Positions 29,313 to 39,633 of a stretch of DNA of 64,000 bases are shown here, one piece after another (the first letter of the stretch is position 1; each line of letters opens with the position of its first letter). The DNA is from Promethearchaeota archaeon (GTDB lineage: Archaea > Asgardarchaeota > Lokiarchaeia > Sigyniarchaeales > SOKP01). Location of the stretch: contig JBHLNF010000004.1 in NCBI GenBank assembly GCA_048937405.1, forward strand, positions 128,001-192,000, read 5' to 3'. The notes under the pieces are model-generated. The model had not been told where the DNA came from, made no database searches, and was given only the letters and a program-made list of their open reading frames with translations. A program made the position numbers and the translations under genes.

Positions 29313-32300
29313 ATGTCACAAAAAAAACGAATAATTATTCTCTTCTTGTCATTTTTAGTTTTTATTAATATCTTCACATACTCTTTTCAATTTATTAATA
29401 ATTCCGATAAAAATAAAAACCCAAATCATAAGGAATGCTTTCAAAAACCTAAAAGCAGTATTGCTAAAGTATGGGAGTATGATATTGGTACTGGTGGTAA
29501 TCCCTTTGTTGATATATCATCCGATGGAAAATATTTTGTTGTTGGGGTAGAAGAGACTAATAATTTTTATTTATTTAACAGTTCAAGTAAAAGTCTATTA
29601 TGGTCATATTCATTGCCATCTAGTAGTGAAATCACCGATATTGCAATTTCTTCAGATGGATATTACATTGCCGTAGGAGGTGGTTCAAATGGATTCCTGT
29701 ATTTATTTGATAGGACCAGTTCTACACCAATTTGGGAGTCAGATAGTAGTTTAGGAACTACGTGTAAGTATGTTTCAATATCTTCTGATGGGCAATATAT
29801 TAGCGCAGTAGGTGACCCTTTATCAACAGCAGATATATATCTTTTTACCAGAACGAGTTCTGGTTATATTTGGAGGAATACTACTATTAATGCGATGTCA
29901 GCTGTAATGGCTTCAGACAGTAACTATATTGCAGTAGGTGAAGGACCTAGTTTTCATTTATTTCAAAGATCTGGTAGCAGTGTTAATTGGGAAGGATTTT
30001 ATTCCGGAGGTGGAGTAATACCTGATCTTATAGAAATATCATCAGATGGATATCATATGGCTGAAGGTGGTAATTCGAAAATTGCTTTCTATAATCGCTC
30101 TTCTTACAGCCCCATGTGGGATTATTCTATAGCAAGTGATTTCAATGACTTTGCAATGTCTTCTAATGGAGATTATTTGGTAGTAGGAAGTAATGATAAA
30201 GGAGTTTATTTATTCAATAAATCATATTCAAGCTCAAAGACTCCTATGTGGAATAAATCAACCGGGGGATATGTTTCATCAGTAGCTATTTCTGGTAATG
30301 GAAATTATATAGCAGCTGGAAGTAGTGACCATAATGTATATTTTATAAATAGGACGAGTCCTTCACAAATGGATTATTGTTTGATTACAGATGTGATATC
30401 AGATATAGCTATGTCTGATGATGGTCATTTTATTGTAGCTGGATCTGTAGATGGTTATATCCATTTTTTCCATTCTTTACCACCAGATCCTTTTATATTA
30501 GATTCTGATGCAGGAGATCCGATTGATGATGATGGAGAATTCAATTTAAATTGGGATCCATCTCCGGGTGCTATTGAATATTATGTATATACCCATGATT
30601 CGTATTTTACTGATGTTAATCAAGGTGCAACAAAAATATCTTCTAAAATATATGGTAATTCATATCCAATTTCAGGACTGTCGAGTGGGGATTATTACTA
30701 TGCAGTTCTTGCGGTTAATGAAGCGGGAAATACAACATCAAACTGTATTAGTGTAAGAGTATTAGCTCCTCCAGGACCATTTGATTTATATTCTGATGCT
30801 ACTAATCCTGATGATGATGGTGAATTTACTCTATTTTGGGATGAATCTAGCTCTGCTAGAAATTATACTATTTATGTGGATGATGATTACATTTCTAGTA
30901 TTTATGTAGGGATTGATATTGTAGATGACGGTATTGAAAACAATTCATATACTATCTCTGGATTGAATAACGGAGAGTATTATTATGTAGTTGTGGCTTA
31001 TAACGAAATAGACTCTCAAATTTCTAATAATTTACGTATTACAGTTAAATTAAGAACGTATTGGGATCTTTCAGGTTCACCTATATATATTGATGATTCC
31101 AATCCAAATTACAAATGGAGTGAAATTTCATCTGATAATATTTGGTGTAAAGGAATGGGTACTTCTACTAATCCCTATATAATTGAAAATACAATTCTTA
31201 ATGGTCAAGAACTAGGAAATTGCATTGAAATCAAAAATTCTAACGTTTTTTTTATTATTAGAAATTGTACCCTATTCAACTCAAGCTCTTCACCGTTAAA
31301 TGCAGGAATAAAATTATCAAATACAAAAAACGGCATAATCGATGATAATAACTGTTCCTATAATCAAAATATAGGAATACTCCTTGATAATAATAGCAAT
31401 GATAATACTATCTCAAATAATATAATTAATCATAATGATAAGAATGGTATAGCTCTTTTTAACAATTGTCAACATAATAACGTTTCACATAATATTGGAT
31501 TATTCAATGAAATTGGCCTTCATTTGAGGAATAATAGTAATTTTAATACCATTTCTGGTAACACAATGAATAACAATAATATTAGTGGAATTACCATGTA
31601 CAACTGTTATAATAATAGTATTATTAATAATCAAGAGACTATTAGTTATAATGGATTATACGGTATCTTTTTACAATATAGCGATGAAAATGAGATCTCG
31701 AATAATCGTATAGAATTCAATCCAATTGGAATCTATTTAGATGAGTCAAATGATAACCAGATTATAAATAACGAATTTATTGGAAATGAAAATAATTATG
31801 AAGAAAATAACTGTGTTGGTAATGTATTCAGAAGTGATCGGAAACCTGGTTTTCTTATGGAGTTGCTTTTTATTGTAATACCCATCATCAGCGTTTTAGT
31901 AATTGGTGCTGGATTAATTTTATATAAGAAGAACATCATATTTAAAAAGGAACCACAAGATAGAGAACAAGAATTAGAAAGATTAAGAGAAAAAGTCAAA
32001 AAGCCTAAAACATTGTTTTTAAGTTATAAAACAACTGATTCAGAATTCTTTAATATTCCAGAAATTTCAAAACGCCTTGAAGCATATCCAGAAATAGATA
32101 AAGTACTTTATTGGGAGACATATAGTAAAGAAAATATTGTCGAATATATGGAGAAGGCTTTAAATATTTCTGACGTATTTATCCTTTTTTGTACTAAAAG
32201 TTCTCTAGAATCAGATGCAGTACGAGATGAATGGCAAGCCGCGTTTCAAAGAAGAAAAAAGGGATTATTGAAATTTATCCCCGTTTATGAAATAGAAGAG

Positions 32301-32399
32301 GATATCCCATCAATTTTGGGGCATTTATTAAATGTTAAATTCGATAAAAAGAATTTTGATAAATTCATTGAGGATCTTTTCCGAGAAATTATTAGATAA
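29313..32399 (+). CDS. Single-pass receptor-like protein: signal/anchor, WD40-like propeller, two FN3-like modules, NosD/CASH beta-helix, TM, cytoplasmic TIR domain
   Basis: ISSDGxY repeats; PDDDGEFxLxWD repeats; Asn-rich beta-helix; TM at ~31848-31926; LFLSY...SDVFILFCT..S..S..V..EW..A...IPV TIR motifs. Confidence 0.88.
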   Translation: MSQKKRIIILFLSFLVFINIFTYSFQFINNSDKNKNPNHKECFQKPKSSIAKVWEYDIGTGGNPFVDISSDGKYFVVGVEETNNFYLFNSSSKSLLWSYSLPSSSEITDIAISSDGYYIAVGGGSNGFLYLFDRTSSTPIWESDSSLGTTCKYVSISSDGQYISAVGDPLSTADIYLFTRTSSGYIWRNTTINAMSAVMASDSNYIAVGEGPSFHLFQRSGSSVNWEGFYSGGGVIPDLIEISSDGYHMAEGGNSKIAFYNRSSYSPMWDYSIASDFNDFAMSSNGDYLVVGSNDKGVYLFNKSYSSSKTPMWNKSTGGYVSSVAISGNGNYIAAGSSDHNVYFINRTSPSQMDYCLITDVISDIAMSDDGHFIVAGSVDGYIHFFHSLPPDPFILDSDAGDPIDDDGEFNLNWDPSPGAIEYYVYTHDSYFTDVNQGATKISSKIYGNSYPISGLSSGDYYYAVLAVNEAGNTTSNCISVRVLAPPGPFDLYSDATNPDDDGEFTLFWDESSSARNYTIYVDDDYISSIYVGIDIVDDGIENNSYTISGLNNGEYYYVVVAYNEIDSQISNNLRITVKLRTYWDLSGSPIYIDDSNPNYKWSEISSDNIWCKGMGTSTNPYIIENTILNGQELGNCIEIKNSNVFFIIRNCTLFNSSSSPLNAGIKLSNTKNGIIDDNNCSYNQNIGILLDNNSNDNTISNNIINHNDKNGIALFNNCQHNNVSHNIGLFNEIGLHLRNNSNFNTISGNTMNNNNISGITMYNCYNNSIINNQETISYNGLYGIFLQYSDENEISNNRIEFNPIGIYLDESNDNQIINNEFIGNENNYEENNCVGNVFRSDRKPGFLMELLFIVIPIISVLVIGAGLILYKKNIIFKKEPQDREQELERLREKVKKPKTLFLSYKTTDSEFFNIPEISKRLEAYPEIDKVLYWETYSKENIVEYMEKALNISDVFILFCTKSSLESDAVRDEWQAAFQRRKKGLLKFIPVYEIEEDIPSILGHLLNVKFDKKNFDKFIEDLFREIIR

Positions 32400-32852
32400 T
32401 ATCTCCCAATTTGAATTTTAATAAATAATAAAGGAAAAAGATGCGATTAATTTAATACTAAAAAAAATTGTTTTTTAATCAACTCTAGCAGATATTTTTC
32501 TTGAATTTTTTTTATCATCTTACATCCCTTCCCTCTGGTATGTCATGTTAAAATTGTTTTTAGAATTTAAAGATGAAATTTTATCATAATAAAACTTAGT
32601 CATTGTTATTCTTAGAATATAATATGAATTAACCTAATTAAATTTCTATGCACAACATAAGTGAATTTTTTTGTTAAATAGAGATAAATAATTTGAGTTA
32701 ATAATTAAATCGAAACTCCAAAAATTGAGTTCATAGTTCAATCATACTTCGAACTCCATTTGAACTATATGGAACAAAACTATAATTAAACTGAATTCTT
32801 CATTTAAAATAAGAAAAAAAAAGTTGAATAAAAAAATTGGTGTGAAAAAAAT

Positions 32853-33101
32853 ATGGCTCAAGTAAAAAGAAATAAGGATATAAGAAAAAATTGTGTTGAT
32901 GTTGAAAGAGTTATTATAGAGTGTTTAGAATGTTCCAAGAGAGAAGATATCATAGAGATTATGGAACCTAGTCAATCTAACAAACTGAACAAAAAGCTGT
33001 TAAAATCTTATTCAAAGCATAATGCAAAATTCCATCAAGAATTAATTCCCATTGAACAGATTAAATATAAATTTATTTACAGGAACTTTCCAATTTATTA
33101 A
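32853..33101 (+). CDS. Small hypothetical protein with CxxC
   Basis: 82-aa ORF with a GGTGTGA SD-like motif, co-oriented with the MFS gene. Confidence 0.55.
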   Translation: MAQVKRNKDIRKNCVDVERVIIECLECSKREDIIEIMEPSQSNKLNKKLLKSYSKHNAKFHQELIPIEQIKYKFIYRNFPIY

Positions 33102-33135
33102 ATAGTTGAACTTAAAGAAAGCTTGTTAATATAGG

Positions 33136-34473
33136 TTGAAAAAGATGGAATATAGTCCAACAAAAAAAAATTTTAGACATTATATGTATTTTTTATTTGG
33201 ACAAAATTTTTCAATGTTAGGTTCATTGATAGTTAGTTTTACAATTACCTGGTGGCTTACGATTGAGACAGGAAGTGCAATTATACTTTCAATATCAACT
33301 TTTCTTATGTTTATACCACAAATAGTTGTAACACCTTTCTCTGGAGTAATTACAGATAGGTGGAATAAGAAGGCTATTATTGCTATATCTGATTCATTTC
33401 AGGCATTTGTTACTTTTATTTTATTTCTATTTTTTTTGGTCGATTTTCAAGCCGTTTGGCTTATTTTAGCAATTAATACATTTAGAGCAGCCTTATTTGC
33501 ATTTCAATTACCTGCAGTTCAATCTCTTATCCCAACTATGGTCCCAAAAAAAAATTTAAGTAGAATTAATGGGTTTAATTTCTTTTTTTCAGGATTAATT
33601 TATAGTATAGGCCCAATTATTGCAGCAACATTATTAGAATTTTTTCCAGTAAATCAAATCTTTCTAATTGATATTATAACATTTATAATTTCTCTCGTTC
33701 CATTGGTGCTTATTAAGATACCACAAATACATCATGAAACAGAAGAAGCATTAGAAAAGTCAATGATTAAAGATTTCAAAACTGGTTTAATGACGATTAA
33801 AATGGTTCCCGGATTATTTGCTATGATAGCGTTTGCCATGATATGGAATTTTATAAGTAGACCTTGGACAGTGTTATTGCCTTATTTTGTTAAATATACT
33901 CATGATGGTACTGCTCTGAACTTAGCATTATTAATGACAATATCTCAAGTTGGAAATATTCTTGGATCTCTGATTTGTTTAATCAAGAAGAACTGGAAAC
34001 ATAAAATTAAGATAAATATAATTGGGGGTGTGATGTTTTTCTTATGTATGATTCCAGCGATTTTAGCACCTAAAGGGAATTTTTTACTTATGATGATCGT
34101 TTTATTTCCTGCATGGGTAATATTACCTATCACGATTTCCACATATTTAGCAATTTTGCAGACCGTTGTTTCCAAAGATAAAATTGGTCGAATAATGTCA
34201 ATTGATCATATGATTTCGATGGCAATTGCTCCTATAGGAGCACTTATTGCAGGCCCTTTAGCAGAAATATTCGGAATAGTGCACTTATTTATGACTTTTG
34301 CTATTTTAGGATTAATTCATCCTTTCTTTATTTGGTTTTTCACAAAGATTAGGCAACTTGAGATTATTGAGCAAGATATACTCTTAGAACAAAAAAAAGT
34401 TGAAGAAGTTCAAGAAGTAATAAAAATTGAAGAAAGTGCAAATATTCGTGAAGTTATTGAACCCATAGAATAA
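33136..34473 (+). CDS. MFS transporter, macrolide-efflux/DHA3-like
   Basis: GQ.FS.LGS, ETGSA, GVITDRWNKK, FQ.PA.QSLIP.MVP...LSRING; about 12 TM segments. Confidence 0.9.
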   Translation: MKKMEYSPTKKNFRHYMYFLFGQNFSMLGSLIVSFTITWWLTIETGSAIILSISTFLMFIPQIVVTPFSGVITDRWNKKAIIAISDSFQAFVTFILFLFFLVDFQAVWLILAINTFRAALFAFQLPAVQSLIPTMVPKKNLSRINGFNFFFSGLIYSIGPIIAATLLEFFPVNQIFLIDIITFIISLVPLVLIKIPQIHHETEEALEKSMIKDFKTGLMTIKMVPGLFAMIAFAMIWNFISRPWTVLLPYFVKYTHDGTALNLALLMTISQVGNILGSLICLIKKNWKHKIKINIIGGVMFFLCMIPAILAPKGNFLLMMIVLFPAWVILPITISTYLAILQTVVSKDKIGRIMSIDHMISMAIAPIGALIAGPLAEIFGIVHLFMTFAILGLIHPFFIWFFTKIRQLEIIEQDILLEQKKVEEVQEVIKIEESANIREVIEPIE

Positions 34474-34573
34474 TGCTTATTCTTTTCCATTTCCTTTTTT
34501 TTTTAAATTGATACTAGAAAGATGGTATTAGAATAGATATTATCATTATAAAAAAAATTAATAAATTTTGATT

Positions 34574-35293
34574 TTAATTTATTGAATTAAAATACATTTG
34601 CGTTAGGTTATAGAAAGCATCATCAACTTTTTCACCTGTTTTAGCAGAGGTTAAAAAATAGTCTAAATGTAATCTTTCAGCTTCAGATTTAATATCGTCT
34701 TCACTTACTAATACTTCCTCGGTTAAATCCGACTTATTTCCTATGAGAATGAATGGTATATCATGTGATATTGTACTTAAAGTTTCACTAATCCATTTTT
34801 CAACATTTTTCAATGATTGTTTTCGAGTTCTATCTATTAACACCATTCCTAATTGAGCACCTTGATAAAATTGATTCTTAAAAGGTGCCATTTGAATAAC
34901 TTGTCCCCCAGTATCCCAAATTACTAGTGTTATATCGGATTCATCAATTATTATATGCTTTTTTGAAACTTTTAAATGAAGGGTTGGTAAATAGCTCTCA
35001 TCAAAAGAATTTTCTATAAATTGTTGTGTAATAGCTGTTTTCCCTACTTTATAATCTCCAATAACAATTACTTTTAGTGCATATTTTCCTTTAGGAATTT
35101 TTTTCTTAATATTTAGTTCATAATCGACCTTTTGATAGCCTCGTACAATAAAATTCTTATCCACAAATGCTTGGAAATGATGTTCGCATATTTGATCTTT
35201 TTGTATTGATATTGTTGATAAACCCTTTGCTTTATTGATTATTGATGTAGAGATCTTAATTTCTTTTGTAGCTTTACATGTTGGACATGTCAA
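34574..35293 (-). CDS. Rab-like small GTPase with an N-terminal Cys/His (zinc-binding-like) domain
   Basis: GDYKVGKT, YLPT, WDTGGQ, GNKSD and TSAKTG; N-terminal CPTC...CEHHF. The start may be further upstream (35338). Confidence 0.93.
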   Translation of the reverse strand: MTCPTCKATKEIKISTSIINKAKGLSTISIQKDQICEHHFQAFVDKNFIVRGYQKVDYELNIKKKIPKGKYALKVIVIGDYKVGKTAITQQFIENSFDESYLPTLHLKVSKKHIIIDESDITLVIWDTGGQVIQMAPFKNQFYQGAQLGMVLIDRTRKQSLKNVEKWISETLSTISHDIPFILIGNKSDLTEEVLVSEDDIKSEAERLHLDYFLTSAKTGEKVDDAFYNLTQMYFNSIN

Positions 35294-35718
35294 TTTTATT
35301 AATTTTTCATTAAAGTTATCATTTTCCTTATCTGAAATAAGATATTTTCGCCTCCTTTAATTATCCAAAAATATTGAAATAGCATTTAAAAATGATTTTA
35401 AAATTCCAAATGCATTTTAGCGATTTTAGATTTTTGTATAATTTATAAAACAATTGATATTTAAAATTTCCATTTTCGAAATTTCTTATCTACATTAAAA
35501 CAATTTTTTAGCAAAGTAAAGAAAAAAAATCTAATTTAATAGTTCAAATCATAAAATGAAATAAAATTATAGAAATAACCTAAAGAAAGTAGTGAATTTT
35601 TTTGCACTATAATCACGTTTAAATAGCCCATTGAATACTTTATACTTAAGAAGTTGTGAAAAAAAAATTCACAAAAAGATAAATAAATCAAAATTAATAT
35701 AGAACTCGTGAAAATTGA

Positions 35719-36126
35719 ATGCAAGAAGTAGATGAGAATTTGGAAAAATTAAGAATGAAAAAAGCGGAAGCTTTACTAAAACACCAATCGATGCCAACAA
35801 ATATTATCGAGATAAAATCTGTTGACGAATTTAATTCTCTTATGAAAAATTATCCAGATAAAACAATTATTGTGGACTTTTGGGCAGTATGGTGTGGACC
35901 ATGCATGTTCTTCGCCCCAATATTCAAAAAACTTCAGGAAGAATATCACAAAGATTTTATCTTTGTTAAAGTGAATGTTGATGAAATACCTCCATTAGCG
36001 ATGAAGTATCAAATCACAGGTATTCCTACTACATTATTACTTAAAAATAATGAAATTGTGAATAAGATTGTTGGTTCTATGAATTATGATGGGATGAAAA
36101 AAGTATTAGATAAACTAAAACAATAA
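35719..36126 (+). CDS. trxA: Thioredoxin
   Basis: VDFWAVWCGPC and GIPT. Confidence 0.93.
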   Translation: MQEVDENLEKLRMKKAEALLKHQSMPTNIIEIKSVDEFNSLMKNYPDKTIIVDFWAVWCGPCMFFAPIFKKLQEEYHKDFIFVKVNVDEIPPLAMKYQITGIPTTLLLKNNEIVNKIVGSMNYDGMKKVLDKLKQ

Positions 36127-36185
36127 AATAGTCTAATTTTTTTTTTTCTTCATTTTTTTTATTTAGTTTTTTAGGGTGATAAAAA

Positions 36186-36650
36186 TTGGGAATAATAGAT
36201 AAGCAATTAAAAGAATTTGAAGATATTGATAAATTATTAAGTGAAAAAGGAACTTTTTCAAGTGAACAATTATTTAAATGTATTTTAGGATTAAATAAAA
36301 CAGAGTCTAAAGTACTTGGATATATGCTTAATAATAGGGACATAAGAATATCTGAAATTGCTAAAGTTTTAGAAATGGATAGAACTTCTATTCAAAAGGC
36401 AGTTCATAATTTAATTAAATTGAAATTTATTGAACGCAAATCAATATCAATGAAGGATTTTACTAGAGAGAACGGACTTAAAAATGTGAAAAAGCAAGGG
36501 TATCTTTATGTTTATAATGCGAACAATATAGAGTCAATAAAGAAACAATTCAAAAAATTATTGGACAAATGGTATAATTCTATGTTAAAGTACATTGAAA
36601 ATCTTGAAAATCTCTGTGAATGTTGCGGTTTTAAATTTCTCCCCTGTTAG
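36186..36650 (+). CDS. TrmB-like HTH transcriptional regulator with a Cys-rich tail
   Basis: CILGLNKTE.KV, EIAKVLEMDRTSIQKAV..L, GYLYVY and LDKWY; ends LCECCGFKFLPC. Confidence 0.85.
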   Translation: MGIIDKQLKEFEDIDKLLSEKGTFSSEQLFKCILGLNKTESKVLGYMLNNRDIRISEIAKVLEMDRTSIQKAVHNLIKLKFIERKSISMKDFTRENGLKNVKKQGYLYVYNANNIESIKKQFKKLLDKWYNSMLKYIENLENLCECCGFKFLPC

Positions 36651-36878
36651 ATTTTAACAAAAGGATGAAAAACTATTATATACGAATATATAGTTTTTAT
36701 AATTTTCTATATAAAATTAATTATTTTAATGACATTACATCAACACGAACAGATCTTTTCTTACTTAAAATTTTAATATTTAAATTTTTATTATATTACT
36801 TGAGTAAGGGATATTTATTTTAAATTTAAGGTATCAGGAAAAAAAAAACCAAATAATAAATTTCGAGAACAGAGACAA

Positions 36879-37592
36879 ATGAATACTATACTTGAATTAA
36901 AAAGAATTTATCATTATTATGGGAGTGCTAGAGTACTAGCAGAGCTTAATTTTAGAGTCGAGGAAAAAACATTATCTGCAATTATAGGACCAAATGGGGC
37001 TGGAAAATCAACAATCCTTAGATTGATATCAGGTTTAGAAAAACCTGGTAGAGGAACAATAGAATTTTTTGGGGAAAGAATCGATGGTATGAAAGCTCAC
37101 AAAATCGCAAAAAAAGGAATATCTCAAAGCCCAGATCGCCGTAAACTATTTTATGGTTTGAGTGTTTCGGATAATATCAGAATGGGTGCATATCGAATAA
37201 ATAATAAGGAAAAATATAAAGAATTGAAGGCATTTGTCTATGAAATATTCCCTCGATTAAGAGAGAGACGAAAACAACGAGCAGGAACATTGAGTGGTGG
37301 TGAACAGCAAATGGTTGCAATAGCACGAGCACTAATGGCAGATCCAAAACTACTTTTACTAGATGAACCTTCAGTAGGATTAGCTCCAAAAGTTAAAAAA
37401 ACCATATTTAAGGCAATTGAAAAAATAAGAGAAGCAGGAACCACAACAGTATTAGTCGAACAAGACAGAGCATTAGCAATGCAAGTTTCAGATATTATTC
37501 ATATACTTGAAGATGGAAGAATTGATTTGAAAGGAACCAGTGAAGAATTAAGAAGAGAACCTCGAGTAAAAAAAATATATTTGGGAATTTAA
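36879..37592 (+). CDS. livF: Branched-chain amino acid ABC transporter ATPase (LivF-like)
   Basis: GPNGAGKST, AGTLSGGEQQM, LLLLDEPSVGLAP, VEQ and YLG terminus. Confidence 0.88.
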   Translation: MNTILELKRIYHYYGSARVLAELNFRVEEKTLSAIIGPNGAGKSTILRLISGLEKPGRGTIEFFGERIDGMKAHKIAKKGISQSPDRRKLFYGLSVSDNIRMGAYRINNKEKYKELKAFVYEIFPRLRERRKQRAGTLSGGEQQMVAIARALMADPKLLLLDEPSVGLAPKVKKTIFKAIEKIREAGTTTVLVEQDRALAMQVSDIIHILEDGRIDLKGTSEELRREPRVKKIYLGI

Positions 37593-37700
37593 ATATCTTA
37601 AAATATCTTCTCCTTTTGAATCTTAAAAATATATTTTAAATTCTTATTTAACATATAAATTCAATATTTTAAACTAAAATAATATAGAAAAGAGAATTAA

Positions 37701-39614
37701 TTAAATATTTAACTTACTTCTCCAAAAACTAATCTTTTTTTTCAATTCTTCTTGTTCAGCGTTAGTTAATAGATTTCTGTTATTTTTAAGAGGTGAAATA
37801 CCCATTCGGATTTGTCTTAATACTCCACTGAATCCCTTTTTTTCAAGGATATCATCTTGTAGTTTTTCTAACAGTAATCCTATATTTTCACCAGAAAAAG
37901 TATCAATTTTACTTAAAATATTATTAAATTGAGTTGATAAATAAGCATCTGAAGGCATCGTAGATTCCATTACAGGTTCAACTGGCGGAGGTGATACTGA
38001 TTTAATATCAACCCCAGGAAGTATCTCTGAAGTTGGAACTGATCCAGACGTTATATCTTTAGATAACTCGGGTTCTGAAGGCATAATTTGTTCTTTAGGT
38101 TGAGCTGGTAAAGGACTCACTTTAGGGGGTTTTTTAACAGTTCCTATATGTTCTACTTGATCCATTTTTTTACTTTGAATCCATACATCTTCTAATACAC
38201 CCGCAAACAATTTTACATGTTCTTCTATTACTGAACCCATTCCAGCAATTTCAATGTTTCCATCAGCTGATTTTGACACAACACACACAATAACTTCTTC
38301 AAAATCTTTATTTATTGACCACATATTTTCTACAGGATAATGTCTAATTGTTATATTTGGATAGCCTGCTATTTGATTGAGGCTTTTTTGATCATCAGGA
38401 TTATTCAATTCGAAATTTGTAGAAATTCTAATATTAATATGTTTTTTTAATCTTGTTATTGGAATGAGGTCAATATTTTCTAATTTAGGTGCTATAATAT
38501 GAACTCGCATTTTTACTCGAGATAATATCTCATTAATTTGAGCTATAATTCCTTCAACTGATCTAACAAACCATACATCCTTAAAGCTTAGCATAGAAGC
38601 TTTTTTCGAACGATCCCAAAATTCATTCATCGTTAGTTCAGCGCTTTCCAGTTGTTGAATAATGTTATGAATAATGTCGTCTTGCAATGTTTCAAATATT
38701 TCTTTTCGGAATAAGCCCTTTAATTCATTTATTCCGGTTATAATATCATCATAAACACCTGTGACTCTTTCTTCTAAATCCTCTAAAGTAGTTATAATTC
38801 CATTTTCTATGTCTGCTACAATAGAACCTAAATCAGTACTTACTTCACCAGCTGTATCGGAAATACTACCTAATTGATTTATAACTTGATCTAGCATATT
38901 TTGAGTCGTTTGTACAAACTTATTTTTAAAGGTTTTAGTTATTTGTTCAAATTGCTCTGAAATCACCTTAGATACAATTTTTTCAGCCATATTACTTAAA
39001 GCTCCAATTCTAAATTGTTTTTCGAATCTTGTTGCTATCTCTGATTTTACAGTTTGTAAGCTTTCTTCCATAGATTCAAATTCTTTAGTGATATCAGAAG
39101 GGACAATTTCTTTTAAGTTAAAAATAAATTTTTTAACATCTTGAAATCTTTTAACTTGATCAAGTTCTTTATCAAACCGCTCAAACTGAGTTTTAATTTG
39201 AGCTGGTAATTTAGTCCTCATGACTTGTAAATAAGTCTTATAGTCATCTAATTTTCGAAGCTTATCAGAGTGCTGCTCTAATGAATCGAACTTATTTTGA
39301 ATGTTTTGCGGAGCAGTTTGCTCAAAACTCTGAATTATCTCTTTAAACTGATGGATTTGGCGGACCAATGCAGCATATGGTGGTAATGCCTCATATATTG
39401 GATTCTTTCCAGGAATTTGTTTAAGTAGACCTTTTTCAAATAAATTGTTAGCTATTTCAGCAGCTCTTTCTTCTGAAAGATCAGAAATTAAAGCAATCTC
39501 CCCAATCATTACAGGCCCTCTTCCTGTGATTTTATAATAAGTATTTACTTCATCCTGAACTAATCCAATAAGTTCTAAAGCTTGTTTAGTCGCAGAATCT
39601 TCTTCTTCTGACAT
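37701..39614 (-). CDS. TrmB-like wHTH, long helical region, PLD/TrmB-C-like domain and Pro-rich tail
   Basis: ALELIGL..DE...Y...GEIA..S.L...L.EKGL. The ATG at 39614 is preferred to the TTG at 39656, which overlaps the upstream gene. Confidence 0.7.
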   Translation of the reverse strand: MSEEEDSATKQALELIGLVQDEVNTYYKITGRGPVMIGEIALISDLSEERAAEIANNLFEKGLLKQIPGKNPIYEALPPYAALVRQIHQFKEIIQSFEQTAPQNIQNKFDSLEQHSDKLRKLDDYKTYLQVMRTKLPAQIKTQFERFDKELDQVKRFQDVKKFIFNLKEIVPSDITKEFESMEESLQTVKSEIATRFEKQFRIGALSNMAEKIVSKVISEQFEQITKTFKNKFVQTTQNMLDQVINQLGSISDTAGEVSTDLGSIVADIENGIITTLEDLEERVTGVYDDIITGINELKGLFRKEIFETLQDDIIHNIIQQLESAELTMNEFWDRSKKASMLSFKDVWFVRSVEGIIAQINEILSRVKMRVHIIAPKLENIDLIPITRLKKHINIRISTNFELNNPDDQKSLNQIAGYPNITIRHYPVENMWSINKDFEEVIVCVVSKSADGNIEIAGMGSVIEEHVKLFAGVLEDVWIQSKKMDQVEHIGTVKKPPKVSPLPAQPKEQIMPSEPELSKDITSGSVPTSEILPGVDIKSVSPPPVEPVMESTMPSDAYLSTQFNNILSKIDTFSGENIGLLLEKLQDDILEKKGFSGVLRQIRMGISPLKNNRNLLTNAEQEELKKKISFWRSKLNI

Positions 39615-39633
39615 ACTATATATATCCTCATTC

